DNA of 64,000 nucleotides, from positions 379,819 through 443,818 of the forward strand of contig OZ246402.1 in assembly GCA_965230975.1 (NCBI GenBank). Direction: 5' to 3'. The notes under the pieces were generated by a model. It saw only the letters and a list, made by a program, of their open reading frames with translations. It did not search any database and was not told where the DNA came from. How positions within the stretch are numbered: the first letter of the stretch is position 1; every line of letters starts with the position of its first letter. This DNA comes from an uncultured Candidatus Saccharibacteria bacterium (GTDB taxonomy: Bacteria; Patescibacteriota; Dojkabacteria; J137). Below are positions 9,707 through 19,960 of the stretch, one piece after another. The translations under genes and the position numbers were made by a program.

Positions 9707-10812
9707 TTAATTAGTTGGTTAATTATATTTTGCACTTCGGTAATAGAATTAGCCGTCATTAGTTTGGTTCTGGCTTCCCTTGCCCCATCAAAACCTTTTA
9801 TATACCAACCAAAATGTTTTCTCATTTGAACAAATGCTTTTGGGTCTCCATTTTTTTGTATAAACAAGTTTGTGTGCTTAATCATCACTTTTAAGCGCTC
9901 GTTTAAGGGGATGTTGTCTAAATTAATATCCTTAAAAACCCAAGGGTTACCAAAACTGCCTCTACCAATAAGCGCCCCAAAAGCACCTGTTTCTTGAATT
10001 GCTTTTAAGGCATCTTGCCTATTAAGTAAATCACCATTAATTAAAACTGCTTTAGATGTAGAATTTACTGCTTTTTTAAGTTCATTTCTATCTGCAAACC
10101 CGGAGTACATTTGTTTCAGTAGCCTGCCGTGAACTGCTATCCACGAAGGGTTTGCAGAGTCTAATGTGCTTATCCATTGTTCGGTTATTGGTTTGTCATA
10201 ACCAATTCGTGTTTTTACAGAAACTGGTATTAAAACTCTTTGATGTTTAGTTTTATTATCTTGTGCAAGTAAATTAATTTGCCCGGCCGAATGTTTGCTG
10301 TCGGGTTTGTGAATAGTTTCTATCTCCTTAATCTTAACTTTTATTGCTAAATCAACTGCTTTAAAGGTTTTCTCGTTTAAGCCAGTGAGTTGACCATTAT
10401 CTACCCAATCTGCAACACCTTTTTTTACAGATTCTATAATTTCTAAGGCAAGTTGTGGGGTTTTGATTAAACCTGCACCTGCGCCGGATGATGCAACGTT
10501 TTTTGCAGGGCAACCCATATTTATATCTACACCATCAAAACCTAAAGCAGCAATTATTTTGGCGGCGTGGTAAAAATATTCTGGTTCTTTGCCATAAATT
10601 TGCCCAATTATAGGTCTTTGAAGTTCTGAATATTCTAACTCTTTTAAAGTATTAAACCCTGCAATACAAAGCCCCATCACATTTACAAATTCTGTATATA
10701 TTAGATCCGGATTCCCGTATTCTTTTACAATCTCACGCGTAGCGTAATCAGTTATTCCATCCATTGGCGAAAGACCAATTACCGGACTTTGTAAGTTTAA
10801 TATTGATTTCAT
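9703..10812 (-). CDS. tRNA-dihydrouridine synthase (DusB-like)
   Basis: 369 aa. SPMDGITDY, TEFVNVMG and DINMGCPA (catalytic Cys) motifs of the Dus family with a C-terminal helical domain. Confidence 0.85.
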   Translation of the reverse strand: MKSILNLQSPVIGLSPMDGITDYATREIVKEYGNPDLIYTEFVNVMGLCIAGFNTLKELEYSELQRPIIGQIYGKEPEYFYHAAKIIAALGFDGVDINMGCPAKNVASSGAGAGLIKTPQLALEIIESVKKGVADWVDNGQLTGLNEKTFKAVDLAIKVKIKEIETIHKPDSKHSAGQINLLAQDNKTKHQRVLIPVSVKTRIGYDKPITEQWISTLDSANPSWIAVHGRLLKQMYSGFADRNELKKAVNSTSKAVLINGDLLNRQDALKAIQETGAFGALIGRGSFGNPWVFKDINLDNIPLNERLKVMIKHTNLFIQKNGDPKAFVQMRKHFGWYIKGFDGAREARTKLMTANSITEVQNIINQLIN

Positions 10813-10831
10813 TAGGGTATTTTAGCATATC

Positions 10832-11818
10832 CTATAGAGTAGCATTTTCAGGTTCGATTTCTATTTCTAATATTTCAAAATTTGTTCCAATCCTTAACCT
10901 TGTTTCTGATGCTCCCACTCCAGAAGATAAAAGTAGTTTTGTGGTTTTAGAAATTTCATAAATACCTTGTGTTAACCATTTTCTCATTGTTGGCATAGGC
11001 AATCTAAATCCTAAAAAGTTTATTTGCCCGCTGTGATTGTGTCCGGAAAGTATTAAATCGATATCATTTAAATCTTCTGTGTAAGAGATTATGTCCGGGT
11101 TGTGAGAAATTAGTATTTTATATTGATTATTTTTAGATCCTTTTAAGGCTCTATTAATATCAAAATCAAGAGTGTATAAGTCTTTTATTCCCCCTATAAA
11201 GATTTCATTGGTTAATTGATAACCTTCATTTTGTAAAACTTGAATATTGCACTCTTCAAGCTTTTTAATCAATGCTACTTCGGTTTCTTTTGTATATTCT
11301 TTAGATATGTAAAGGTGGTCATGGTTGCCTAAAACTGCCAGTTTTGACCCATTGATATTTTTAAGAACAGACACTAACTTGGGTGTAAAGTTATGATTTA
11401 AGATATCTCCTCCTATTATTGTTACATTTGGGTTTAATCCGTTAATTATATTAATAATCTTATTTAGTTTGTATTTATTTGTTTCTGTCCAAAAGTAGCC
11501 AATGTGTAAATCGCTAACAAATGCTATTTTGACCGGTTGAGTAATTTTGTTGCTTACAAATGTGTATCTTTTTACCTTTATATTATAAAAATTTATTGTT
11601 ATATAAATAATCCAAAGTAAGCTAAAAAATAGTGCTATAGAGTAGAGGATTGCAAATAGCTCAATTGTTAATGTTAAATAAATATTTAAAATAACTGGAA
11701 TTATTGGTAGTAGTGCAGGTATAAAATCTATGCAATACCCAATAATTTGGTGATATACTTTGGTAATTATAGACGCCTGAGGAATATTAATAGGTTTGGA
11801 TTTATAAATTTGGATCAT
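10832..11818 (-). CDS. Membrane-anchored calcineurin-like metallophosphoesterase
   Basis: 328 aa. Two N-terminal TM helices, then VSDLHIG, GGDIL and GNHDH motifs. Confidence 0.75.
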   Translation of the reverse strand: MIQIYKSKPINIPQASIITKVYHQIIGYCIDFIPALLPIIPVILNIYLTLTIELFAILYSIALFFSLLWIIYITINFYNIKVKRYTFVSNKITQPVKIAFVSDLHIGYFWTETNKYKLNKIINIINGLNPNVTIIGGDILNHNFTPKLVSVLKNINGSKLAVLGNHDHLYISKEYTKETEVALIKKLEECNIQVLQNEGYQLTNEIFIGGIKDLYTLDFDINRALKGSKNNQYKILISHNPDIISYTEDLNDIDLILSGHNHSGQINFLGFRLPMPTMRKWLTQGIYEISKTTKLLLSSGVGASETRLRIGTNFEILEIEIEPENATL

Positions 11819-11853
11819 ATGCTTGTATAGTTAATCTTAAATTGGTTTAAATT

Positions 11854-13263
11854 TCAATTGTTTTCATTTAAAGCAACTATAATTGATTCTGTCGTGATAT
11901 TGGACAGAGTGCAGATCTTGTGGATAACTTCTTGGATCTGCGAAGTAGAGTGCCTAAAACCTTTTTGTGAAATATATGCATCATCTTCTAGTAATGTTCC
12001 AAATTCTTGAAGATATGTACCGTTTTGAAAATATGCTTGTACATTTACTATGCTTAAAATTCTAGATTTGAGCTCTTCTTGGGTGGTATTATCAAATATT
12101 TCTGGCCTACATAACTTGACTCCTGTTAAAATTGTTTTTGTGGATAAGTCTTGGGCTCTTTTATTTTGTAAAGAGTATTTTGCTATTAATTTAAAGTATT
12201 GATCCTCGCCTAACTCATGTTTAATGTTAGAAAAGGTTTTAGGGTAAAAATAAATTGGTTTTAGCCCTAAAGATTCTAAAAATCCAACCTCCTCTATAAA
12301 ACCTAAAGACGACTGCTCTACTGTTAAATTTACAATTCTAATTATTGATTTAGTTTTTAATTCTTGTGAATAATATTTAATCCATGGATATGAATTGGTC
12401 TCCGAACCCGGTGGTATTACTATTAAATCTGAATTATTTATTAAAGAGATGATCTCTTTAGATTTAGTTGCCTTTGAATTTGTTTTTGGGTCAAATGCCT
12501 CATAAAATTCAACTTTTACCGGAAACTCTATTGTATCAATATTCCCCTCTCCTTTTTCAATAACCTCTCCCCTTTTGTTTTGAATTAGCAAATCTAATCT
12601 TTTGTTATCTATTAAATGAATAAATATATTTTGTGGAAATATTCCTATATTTTGAATGATCTCACAGATTTTTGAGTATGGATTTTCATTAAATATTTTT
12701 TTATACGAAAACATTAATGCTGAAAAAAACAAGTTACCAATAGTGTGTTTGTTGTAAAGATTATCTTCTTTTTTTAGTAATGATTCGTATCCATTGATGT
12801 ATTTTTCTAAATACTCTTCTAAAATATTCTCTGGCAGGTACTTCTCTATTTCATTTCCATTTTTGCAATAGATTTTTACAAGAGATATTAAGGCTTTCAA
12901 TTCTAACCAAAGCGAATCTTTTAATTGATTTAAATTATTATTAAAGCCTATTCTCTTTTGAATCAATTGCGACATTACGTCATTTTGAATACTATCTGCC
13001 CAAATATTTCTTAAATCCCCAAGGGGAATATAATCGACATTAATTTCTTCTGATATAAGTCTTAGTAGTCCACTATGGCCTCCATCATCCACAACTCCAA
13101 TGCAAAGGTGAGATTCGATTTTTGTGCTATTGTTTGGTTGTTCCCAGGCTAGTTTACAGGCAGTTGTTCCATGCCCACCAGCCACAAAGTATGTTACTAT
13201 TCTTTTTCTTTTCAAATTTTGAAAATAATGTAGAGCTATTTTACACCATGTTTGTGTATTCAC
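11854..13263 (-). CDS. YvcK/CofD (UPF0052) family protein, extended
   Basis: 469 aa. VAGGHGTTA and VDDGGHSGLLR resemble the GGGTG and DDGGSSGRLR signatures of the gluconeogenesis-factor/LPPG transferase family. Confidence 0.5.
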   Translation of the reverse strand: MNTQTWCKIALHYFQNLKRKRIVTYFVAGGHGTTACKLAWEQPNNSTKIESHLCIGVVDDGGHSGLLRLISEEINVDYIPLGDLRNIWADSIQNDVMSQLIQKRIGFNNNLNQLKDSLWLELKALISLVKIYCKNGNEIEKYLPENILEEYLEKYINGYESLLKKEDNLYNKHTIGNLFFSALMFSYKKIFNENPYSKICEIIQNIGIFPQNIFIHLIDNKRLDLLIQNKRGEVIEKGEGNIDTIEFPVKVEFYEAFDPKTNSKATKSKEIISLINNSDLIVIPPGSETNSYPWIKYYSQELKTKSIIRIVNLTVEQSSLGFIEEVGFLESLGLKPIYFYPKTFSNIKHELGEDQYFKLIAKYSLQNKRAQDLSTKTILTGVKLCRPEIFDNTTQEELKSRILSIVNVQAYFQNGTYLQEFGTLLEDDAYISQKGFRHSTSQIQEVIHKICTLSNITTESIIVALNENN

Positions 13264-13319
13264 AATAAACTATGGTATTTTAAATTGCTAGATGATAAAA
13301 TTCATAAGCACACATTGAC

Positions 13320-13532
13320 AAAGGTTCCCAGCCTTTTGAGTGGTTAGAAAACGGTTCTTTACTTTAAGAAAATAATCTAATTTAGTAAGCTTACTAAAGC
13401 ACAAAATTAAGCAAGCTGTTAAATGCAGCTAACAAGGTTTAAATAGTAATATTTAAACAAAGTAAGGTGGTACCATGAGTTTAAACCTCATCCTTGCAGA
13501 TAATATTTTGTCTGTAGCGATGAGGTTTTTTT
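13320..13532 (+). promoter_or_regulatory. T-box leader (antiterminator/terminator) upstream of proS
   Basis: 13465-13493: AAGG-UGGUACC-AUGAG uuuaaac CUCAU-CCUU. This is the canonical antiterminator, with helix A1, a 7-nt UGGNACC bulge and helix A2. It overlaps an alternative terminator, aaccucauc...gaugagguu plus U7 (13484-13532). The bulge UGGU pairs with the ACCA of a tRNA with discriminator A (tRNA-Pro). The stem I position is not resolved. Confidence 0.5.
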
Positions 13533-13880
13533 ATGACTAGAATAACGTCTACAAATACTGAATATTTTAGGGAAAAGAATTTACAAGTTTGTTTGGAACT
13601 TCTTTCTGATAACGGAATGGACAAATCAGAAAAAACCATACTTTTAGTTGGGGCCTCTGCAAAAGAGTTAATCTCAATAAGAATTCTTGCTCTTAGAATG
13701 GGATTGTCAAAATACAAATTTGTTGGCATAAATAATAATGATGAACAGGTACAAAGATTCTTTGAATACCAAAATGATTCAATTTACGATACATGGCTTA
13801 GCCCTGAATTGCCACTAGAAGTTAATGTATACACTAAATCACAAAACAATCCCGTTGTGGGTGAAAATAGATTAAAATAA
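13533..13880 (+). CDS. Hypothetical small protein between T-box and proS
   Basis: 115 aa ORF starting immediately after the terminator U-run. It may be co-transcribed with proS or spurious. It overlaps an alternative minus-strand ORF. Confidence 0.3.
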   Translation: MTRITSTNTEYFREKNLQVCLELLSDNGMDKSEKTILLVGASAKELISIRILALRMGLSKYKFVGINNNDEQVQRFFEYQNDSIYDTWLSPELPLEVNVYTKSQNNPVVGENRLK

Positions 13881-13905
13881 CTTTATTTAATATTATTTTT
13901 AAAAC

Positions 13906-15609
13906 ATGAGATATTCAAAATTATTTGGGAAAACAATAAAAGAAGCTCCAGCAGATGCAACAACAGCATCTCATAAACTATTGTTTCAGGCCGGATTTAT
14001 TAGGGAATCAGTTGCAGGCAGATATTACTTTTTACCTCTTGGAAATTTAGTAAGAAAAAAGATAATGCAAATCGTTAAAGAAGAGATGGATAAAGCTGGT
14101 GCAGAAGAGGTTTTAGCTCCAACCTTACACCCTTTAGAACTTTGGCAAGAGACAAATAGAGTTGATTCTTCCAATTTTGAGTTAATGACAATCAAAGATA
14201 GAAGAGGTGCAGGCTTTGCATTAGGTGGAACAGCAGAGGAGATGATAGTGGATTTGGTTAGAAAGTTTCAAATTAGTTATAAAGACTTGCCATTTAATAT
14301 CTACCAATTTTCAACAAAATTTAGGGATGAAATGAGAGCAAAAGGCGGTTTAATGAGAGCAAGAGAATTTACTATGAAAGATGGCTACTCTTTTCATGCC
14401 ACATCTGAGGATTTTGAAAAAGAGTACAAAAACATGTGGGAAACATACGAAAGAATTTTTGGTAGATTAGGTTTAGATGTAATAGCAGTTGCTGCAGATA
14501 ACGGCTATTTTGGAGGAGATTATTGTCATGAATTTGATGTATTAACTGATGTTGGAGAAAGTATATTCTTTGTATCTGAAGATGGAAAATATATAGCTCA
14601 CGAAGATATAGCCACTTTTGTAGTAGATGATAAGAATAGCTCAGAAGAGATGGGCGAATTAAAAGAGGTAGATGCAGTTAGAGGAAACACAATGGAAGAT
14701 GGAGTTGCATTCCATGGCTTACCTGATTGGCAACAGATGAAAGATGTGATGTTTACAGATTTAAAAGGTAATTTATACTTAGCAATAATAAGAGGTGATC
14801 TAGATGTGAATAAATCCAAGTTAGAACATGTAGTTGGAAAGATAGGTCAATTATCTGCTGCAACAGAAGAACAGATTAGATCAATTGGTAGTGAGCCTGG
14901 CTTTATTTCTCCACTTGGTTTAGAAACTAAAGTAACAATCATTGCAGATAAATCAATTAGAACTGTAAAGAATTTTTATGGAGGTGCTAATAAGAAAAAT
15001 AAAGATGTTTTGAATATGAATATTGATAGAGATTTTAAAGCTAAATTTGAAGCGGATATAGCTATGGCGCAAGAAGGTTTTGAGTCTTTAGAAAATCACG
15101 GTAAGCTTATCAAGAAAAAAGGGGTAGAAGTTGGAAATATTTTCCAACTAGGTCAACATTACTCTACTTTAATGAAGAATGCTGTATTTACAGATGCCAA
15201 TGGTAACTCAGAGAAATATTACATGGGTTGTTACGGTATTGGAATTGAAAGAACTTTATCTACAATAGTAGAGGTTCATAATGATGACAAAGGAATTATT
15301 TGGCCAGAAGCTGTTGCACCGTTTAAAGTTCATTTAGTTGGTTTAAATTTAGAAGATGAAAGTGTTAGATCTAAAGCAGAAGAGTTGTATAAGCAATTGA
15401 CTGAACAAGGAGTGGAAGTTTTATTTGATGATAGAATTGAAACTAGACCAGGAGAAAAATTTGCAGATGCAGATTTAATTGGAATACCTTACAGAGTTGT
15501 TGTTAGCAAAAAATCTATGGAACATGGCGGGTTTGAATTAAAGAAAAGAAGTGAGTCAAACTCAGAAATAGTTAAAGAGGAATCTTTAATTACTAAGCTT
15601 TCAAACTAG
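13906..15609 (+). CDS. proS: Prolyl-tRNA synthetase
   Basis: 567 aa. MRYSKLFGKT...FLPLG N-terminus, class II motifs, an anticodon-binding domain and a C-terminal domain. Confidence 0.9.
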   Translation: MRYSKLFGKTIKEAPADATTASHKLLFQAGFIRESVAGRYYFLPLGNLVRKKIMQIVKEEMDKAGAEEVLAPTLHPLELWQETNRVDSSNFELMTIKDRRGAGFALGGTAEEMIVDLVRKFQISYKDLPFNIYQFSTKFRDEMRAKGGLMRAREFTMKDGYSFHATSEDFEKEYKNMWETYERIFGRLGLDVIAVAADNGYFGGDYCHEFDVLTDVGESIFFVSEDGKYIAHEDIATFVVDDKNSSEEMGELKEVDAVRGNTMEDGVAFHGLPDWQQMKDVMFTDLKGNLYLAIIRGDLDVNKSKLEHVVGKIGQLSAATEEQIRSIGSEPGFISPLGLETKVTIIADKSIRTVKNFYGGANKKNKDVLNMNIDRDFKAKFEADIAMAQEGFESLENHGKLIKKKGVEVGNIFQLGQHYSTLMKNAVFTDANGNSEKYYMGCYGIGIERTLSTIVEVHNDDKGIIWPEAVAPFKVHLVGLNLEDESVRSKAEELYKQLTEQGVEVLFDDRIETRPGEKFADADLIGIPYRVVVSKKSMEHGGFELKKRSESNSEIVKEESLITKLSN

Positions 15610-15615
15610 ACTTTT

Positions 15616-15640
15616 AAAACGGGGCCCGAAGGGCCCCGTT
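15616..15640. terminator. Bidirectional stem-loop terminator between convergent proS and hypothetical gene
   Basis: Perfect 10-bp GC-rich stem aacggggccc-gaa-gggccccgtt. A U-rich run follows on the minus-strand side. Confidence 0.6.
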
Positions 15641-15717
15641 GCTTAACAACTTTAATTAGCGATTAAACTACTGAATTACATCTCAGCAGGCTGAGATTGC
15701 TTTATATTCCAGCTAAA

Positions 15718-17439
15718 TTACATTTCTACACATTGAGATTCTATTCTAGTATTTAATTCATTAAAAAATCTCTTTCGTTCTGATTCGTTTCCTCTAAAAC
15801 AGTCATGAAAATGTATTAAGGCTCCTTGCATTTCTCTCACTCGTAACTGGAGTTCTTTAAATTTATCAGGAGATATATATTCTAGAATACTAATAAGTTC
15901 ACCCGTTCGTAAATCTACCAGATTAAAACTAATCTGATTATTAATAATGTCTAATAAACCCTCGTCATCTAAATTAAAGTGATGAATTCGCAAAAAACCA
16001 TCTTCTTGATGATATGAATTTGAATGTTCTTTAATTAATTTTGCAGCCATTTGAAGCATATATGTAAAAGCATAAAGTTCTGTTGCCTCTTGATGATTTA
16101 TATACCACCATAAAGAAGTTTTTAAGTCGTATACATCTATTTGATTGCCATATTGACCTCTAGTTTTAATTTCAATATCTGGCCTGCATTTTAAAACTAG
16201 ATAATAAACTGCTTCGTCCAGGCTAGTTATTGTTTCGTCCTTTTCATCGTAAAACAAAGCAATAGGTTGCCTCTCAGATTGAGACGCTTTTATTATTGCT
16301 TTCTTCTTTTTTTCATCACGAATTCCACTTAGCCTAACTTTTGGATTATATGGGTGCATGTATCCATTTGGCGATTTAACTGGCAGTGTATGCACATGAG
16401 TTGATTGTTCTATGTTTATTTCTTGAATATCTTGGGTGTAAATATTGTTAAAAAATATTGCAGAGGTTAGTAAGTTTAAAATTAGCTCTCTAAAGTTTAG
16501 AATAATTAATAGCCTATATTGCTCGATTTTTTCTTGAAGAAGCGATTCTTTATCTGGGCCATCAATTGGGTCCTCCACTTTCAAATCCATAACTTCTTGC
16601 TTGAGTTGTAAAAATAGAATAGTGCTAAAAACTATAAGAGATTTACCAATTGCATCTTTAAATGCTTTGTCTTTGCTGGGGTGTTGTGCAAATTGATTAT
16701 TTAAAAACTCATTTTGAAGCAACTCAATTGGGAATAATTGCAAATATGCACCATGAGTTTTTTCTAGTAAACTTAAGTCAGATTCCATTACATTTTCAAT
16801 TCCACTTAAGTAACTTACAAGTCTGCCAACTTGCTCTCCATACTTTATATTCAAGGCCTTTTGAGCCTCTATTTGCACTTCTTGAGAGTGTGTATATCCA
16901 ATCCACCCTAGGTTTCTACCAAGTTCAAAAGCGAAAGGTGAAACTCCATAGGAAAGTAAATGGTTCATCTCTCCTAAAATCATTGACTCAGTTTTTTCTG
17001 TTTCTACCTCTTGAACTTCCCTGACTTCTATACAATTGTTAAAAATCTGATCATTAAATTTCAGAGCATCGTGTGCGCTAAAGGAGGTAGTAAATCCAAG
17101 TGGTTTAAATGATTTTATTCTTTCAGTCTGGTTATGATTTTCATCTTTTGGAACTGGCCTTCGTTTTCCCCATACCCAAGTGTCTATATACCCTAGCACT
17201 CTCAAAGTCTTAACCTGCTTTTCCTCGATTTCTGGTTCTGGCTCCTCAGGTTTTTCTGAGTGCCTTAAGTTACATTCATGATTTAGTAGTTCGGTAATAA
17301 ATCTTTGGTAAGGAACGGTTAATTGATTTGGGTGTTCTAAAATCTGGTAAACAATATTTGGTTGTTGTGCAATTTCATAATCTAAATTTAGGGACGATTG
17401 GCCTTGAGATGGGTTGAATTTTGGCCTTCCCCAAGGCAT
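15718..17439 (-). CDS. Hypothetical protein (573 aa), no recognisable domain
   Basis: Long uninterrupted ORF co-oriented with the downstream 141-aa ORF. No motif recognised. Confidence 0.5.
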   Translation of the reverse strand: MPWGRPKFNPSQGQSSLNLDYEIAQQPNIVYQILEHPNQLTVPYQRFITELLNHECNLRHSEKPEEPEPEIEEKQVKTLRVLGYIDTWVWGKRRPVPKDENHNQTERIKSFKPLGFTTSFSAHDALKFNDQIFNNCIEVREVQEVETEKTESMILGEMNHLLSYGVSPFAFELGRNLGWIGYTHSQEVQIEAQKALNIKYGEQVGRLVSYLSGIENVMESDLSLLEKTHGAYLQLFPIELLQNEFLNNQFAQHPSKDKAFKDAIGKSLIVFSTILFLQLKQEVMDLKVEDPIDGPDKESLLQEKIEQYRLLIILNFRELILNLLTSAIFFNNIYTQDIQEINIEQSTHVHTLPVKSPNGYMHPYNPKVRLSGIRDEKKKKAIIKASQSERQPIALFYDEKDETITSLDEAVYYLVLKCRPDIEIKTRGQYGNQIDVYDLKTSLWWYINHQEATELYAFTYMLQMAAKLIKEHSNSYHQEDGFLRIHHFNLDDEGLLDIINNQISFNLVDLRTGELISILEYISPDKFKELQLRVREMQGALIHFHDCFRGNESERKRFFNELNTRIESQCVEM

Positions 17440-17556
17440 TTTACTTAATTGTAGTTAATAGAAGTAATTTCATGGCTAGGGACAGAATATTACTGCTAAC
17501 TACTTAGGTCAATGAAGTTTTTTACTATGAGATATTTGGTAGTAAATGAAATAATC

Positions 17557-17982
17557 CTAAAACAGTTTGTTTCTATTAAGGTCTTTGTAGGTGCGTCTTT
17601 CTTGATCACGATAACCTTTACTAGCACCCCGAATTTCTGCATGAAGATATGCAGCTGATTTAATAGAATTAATTCTATCAATTTCATACTTCGCATAATT
17701 AGCTAATTCACTTGCAGATGATTCACTTTGGAACATAACCCTAAGTTTTCTAATGGCTTCTAATACAGCTTCTCTTATTTGCTTTATTGCGATTTGTTCA
17801 AAATTTTGATGACATATGTCATCATTACCTAAGCTATTCGAAGTGAGACTTCTGCTAAACTCATCGGGGAGAGATCTTACAGGAATAGGTGTAATTAACA
17901 TATTTAATTGGTTTATTGCATCTTCTAATATTTGTTTTTTACTTGGTAGTAAAGTATCTAACTGTATTTTATTTTCAGACAT
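17557..17982 (-). CDS. Hypothetical protein (141 aa)
   Basis: ORF upstream of and co-oriented with the 573-aa ORF. Confidence 0.4.
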   Translation of the reverse strand: MSENKIQLDTLLPSKKQILEDAINQLNMLITPIPVRSLPDEFSRSLTSNSLGNDDICHQNFEQIAIKQIREAVLEAIRKLRVMFQSESSASELANYAKYEIDRINSIKSAAYLHAEIRGASKGYRDQERRTYKDLNRNKLF

Positions 17983-18043
17983 AGTTGATTATATATCAAG
18001 TATATAATTATAACATGACGCTGATAAAATTTAGAGTAGTGTG

Positions 18044-19840
18044 TTAATCTACAAACTTTCTTAACCACATTTCTGTAATGAAAAGTCTCCAAAAGAACAT
18101 TATGTCGCCTTTCTTCTTGCCATCCAGTGCTTCTTGAAACTCTTTAATCGCAAGTTGTGCGTCCCAGAAAGGTCTATTTTTAAAGCTTTCAGACTCAAAA
18201 ATTTCCATAAATTTATCTCTCTTTCTTTCAATCCATTCCCACTCAGGATTTGTAAAACCAACTTTAGATCTTCTTAATCTATTCTTTTCTGGAATTAAAC
18301 CTTTAACAGCGTTTCTGTAAATAAATCTATTCCATCCATGCTTGATTTTTTGATCTATAGGAAGATTGAAAATATATTCAACAACTACATGGTCAAAGAA
18401 TGGAACTCTGGATTCTAAAGAATTTGCCATAGAGTTTTTATCTTCGTACCTTAAAAGTGATGGAGTAGTAAGCTTTGTTACATCTTCGAATAATCTTTCG
18501 TTTAAATTTTTAAATGATTTAAATTGAACTTTATTTTCAGAAACTTTATTAACAATCCCATGAATATCTATTCTAGCCTCGTTTTTAAATTGTTGAACTA
18601 ATCTATCAAAAAAGAACTTTGAGTATAAATCTTTCCCAGCAAAAATTTCTCGCAAACCATCTAAATACTTTCCATTATCAATTGCAGAATTTAGATAGGT
18701 TTGAAAATACGGAATATACCCTGCGAGAAGCTCGTCACCGCCTTGTCCGCTTAGTAAAACCGTTACTTTTTTGCGAGCTTCTCGCATAACAGTATAGTAA
18801 GCATAAGGTGCTCCACTAATTACAGGTTCTTCTTGATAGTAAAGCCAATTATCAAAATCTTCCCAAAATTTATCTACTTGGGGGATTATCTTTACTGATG
18901 TTGCACCTGTAAAATTAACAACTTCATCTATGTACTCCTCTTCGTTTATAGTTTCTCCTGGGTGAACTGCAGAGAAAGCATAAAATGGTTGCTCTGAATG
19001 TTTTTGTTTGTACAATGCAGTTGCAATAGATGTTATTCCACTAGAATCTAATCCTCCAGATAAAGTTACTCCGACTGGTACATCTCCAACTAAATGTAAA
19101 TCAATTGCATTAACAAAAACCTCTTTAAATTCTGCTGCATACTCTTCATCTGATTTACTAGATGCAAATTGTGTGGTGAAAGTAGGGTCCCAATATTTTT
19201 CTATTCTAAAATTGCCCTGGTTGTCTAAAATCATGTTATGGCCGGGCATTAATCTTTTTATATTCTTAAAGAATGTATTCTTGCTGTCATCATGCACTCT
19301 ATATCTTAAGAACTTTTCTACTTCATGTGCATCTGCACTTCTATCAATTGGAAATTTTAAAATTGCTTTTATTTCAGAAGAAAATAAGATTCTTCCATCA
19401 AATTCTGTGTAGTATAGTGGCTTAATTCCAAGTCTATCTCTTGAAATTATTAATACATCTTCTTTTACATCGTAAATAACAGTTACAAACATTCCTCTTA
19501 ATCTTTTTATAATGTTTAATCCCCATTCTTCATAACCATGAGCTATTACTTCTGTGTCAGATTCAGTTTTAAAGGTGTGTCCAGCTGCAATTAGTTCTCT
19601 TTTAATTTCCTGATAGTTATAAATTTCTCCGTTTAAAAATACTTGTACACTTTCATCTTCTGTTTTTACGGGGTAAATATTTTTATGAAGGTCAATAATT
19701 GCAAGTCTTCTAAAGCCAACACTAAAATTTTGAGTTTCCAAAAACGCCTCGTCATCTGGGCCTCTATGAATAATTGAATCTGCCATCTTTTTTATCATGA
19801 CAGAATTTCTGCTCCCACTAAAACCAACTAATCCACACAT
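18044..19840 (-). CDS. asnB: Asparagine synthase (glutamine-hydrolysing)
   Basis: 598 aa. N-terminal MCGLVGF (Ntn Cys2) and SGGLDSS PP-loop. Confidence 0.9.
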   Translation of the reverse strand: MCGLVGFSGSRNSVMIKKMADSIIHRGPDDEAFLETQNFSVGFRRLAIIDLHKNIYPVKTEDESVQVFLNGEIYNYQEIKRELIAAGHTFKTESDTEVIAHGYEEWGLNIIKRLRGMFVTVIYDVKEDVLIISRDRLGIKPLYYTEFDGRILFSSEIKAILKFPIDRSADAHEVEKFLRYRVHDDSKNTFFKNIKRLMPGHNMILDNQGNFRIEKYWDPTFTTQFASSKSDEEYAAEFKEVFVNAIDLHLVGDVPVGVTLSGGLDSSGITSIATALYKQKHSEQPFYAFSAVHPGETINEEEYIDEVVNFTGATSVKIIPQVDKFWEDFDNWLYYQEEPVISGAPYAYYTVMREARKKVTVLLSGQGGDELLAGYIPYFQTYLNSAIDNGKYLDGLREIFAGKDLYSKFFFDRLVQQFKNEARIDIHGIVNKVSENKVQFKSFKNLNERLFEDVTKLTTPSLLRYEDKNSMANSLESRVPFFDHVVVEYIFNLPIDQKIKHGWNRFIYRNAVKGLIPEKNRLRRSKVGFTNPEWEWIERKRDKFMEIFESESFKNRPFWDAQLAIKEFQEALDGKKKGDIMFFWRLFITEMWLRKFVD

Positions 19841-19960
19841 GTTTAAATTTTAAGATTTAAATTGTACTCGTTTATATTACCACGCAAGGTAATTTGTAGA
19901 TATAAAAATTTGAATCTGTAAGGACTTTGTAAGAAACGATTTGTAGAATTATTTTATCAG

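Noticed and set aside
13481-13729. 82-aa minus-strand ORF overlapping the T-box terminator and the 115-aa plus ORF
   Set aside because: Overlaps a structured RNA element and the plus-strand ORF. No support.
17496-17696. 66-aa ORF overlapping the 141-aa gene in another frame
   Set aside because: Out-of-frame overlap with a longer ORF. Likely spurious.
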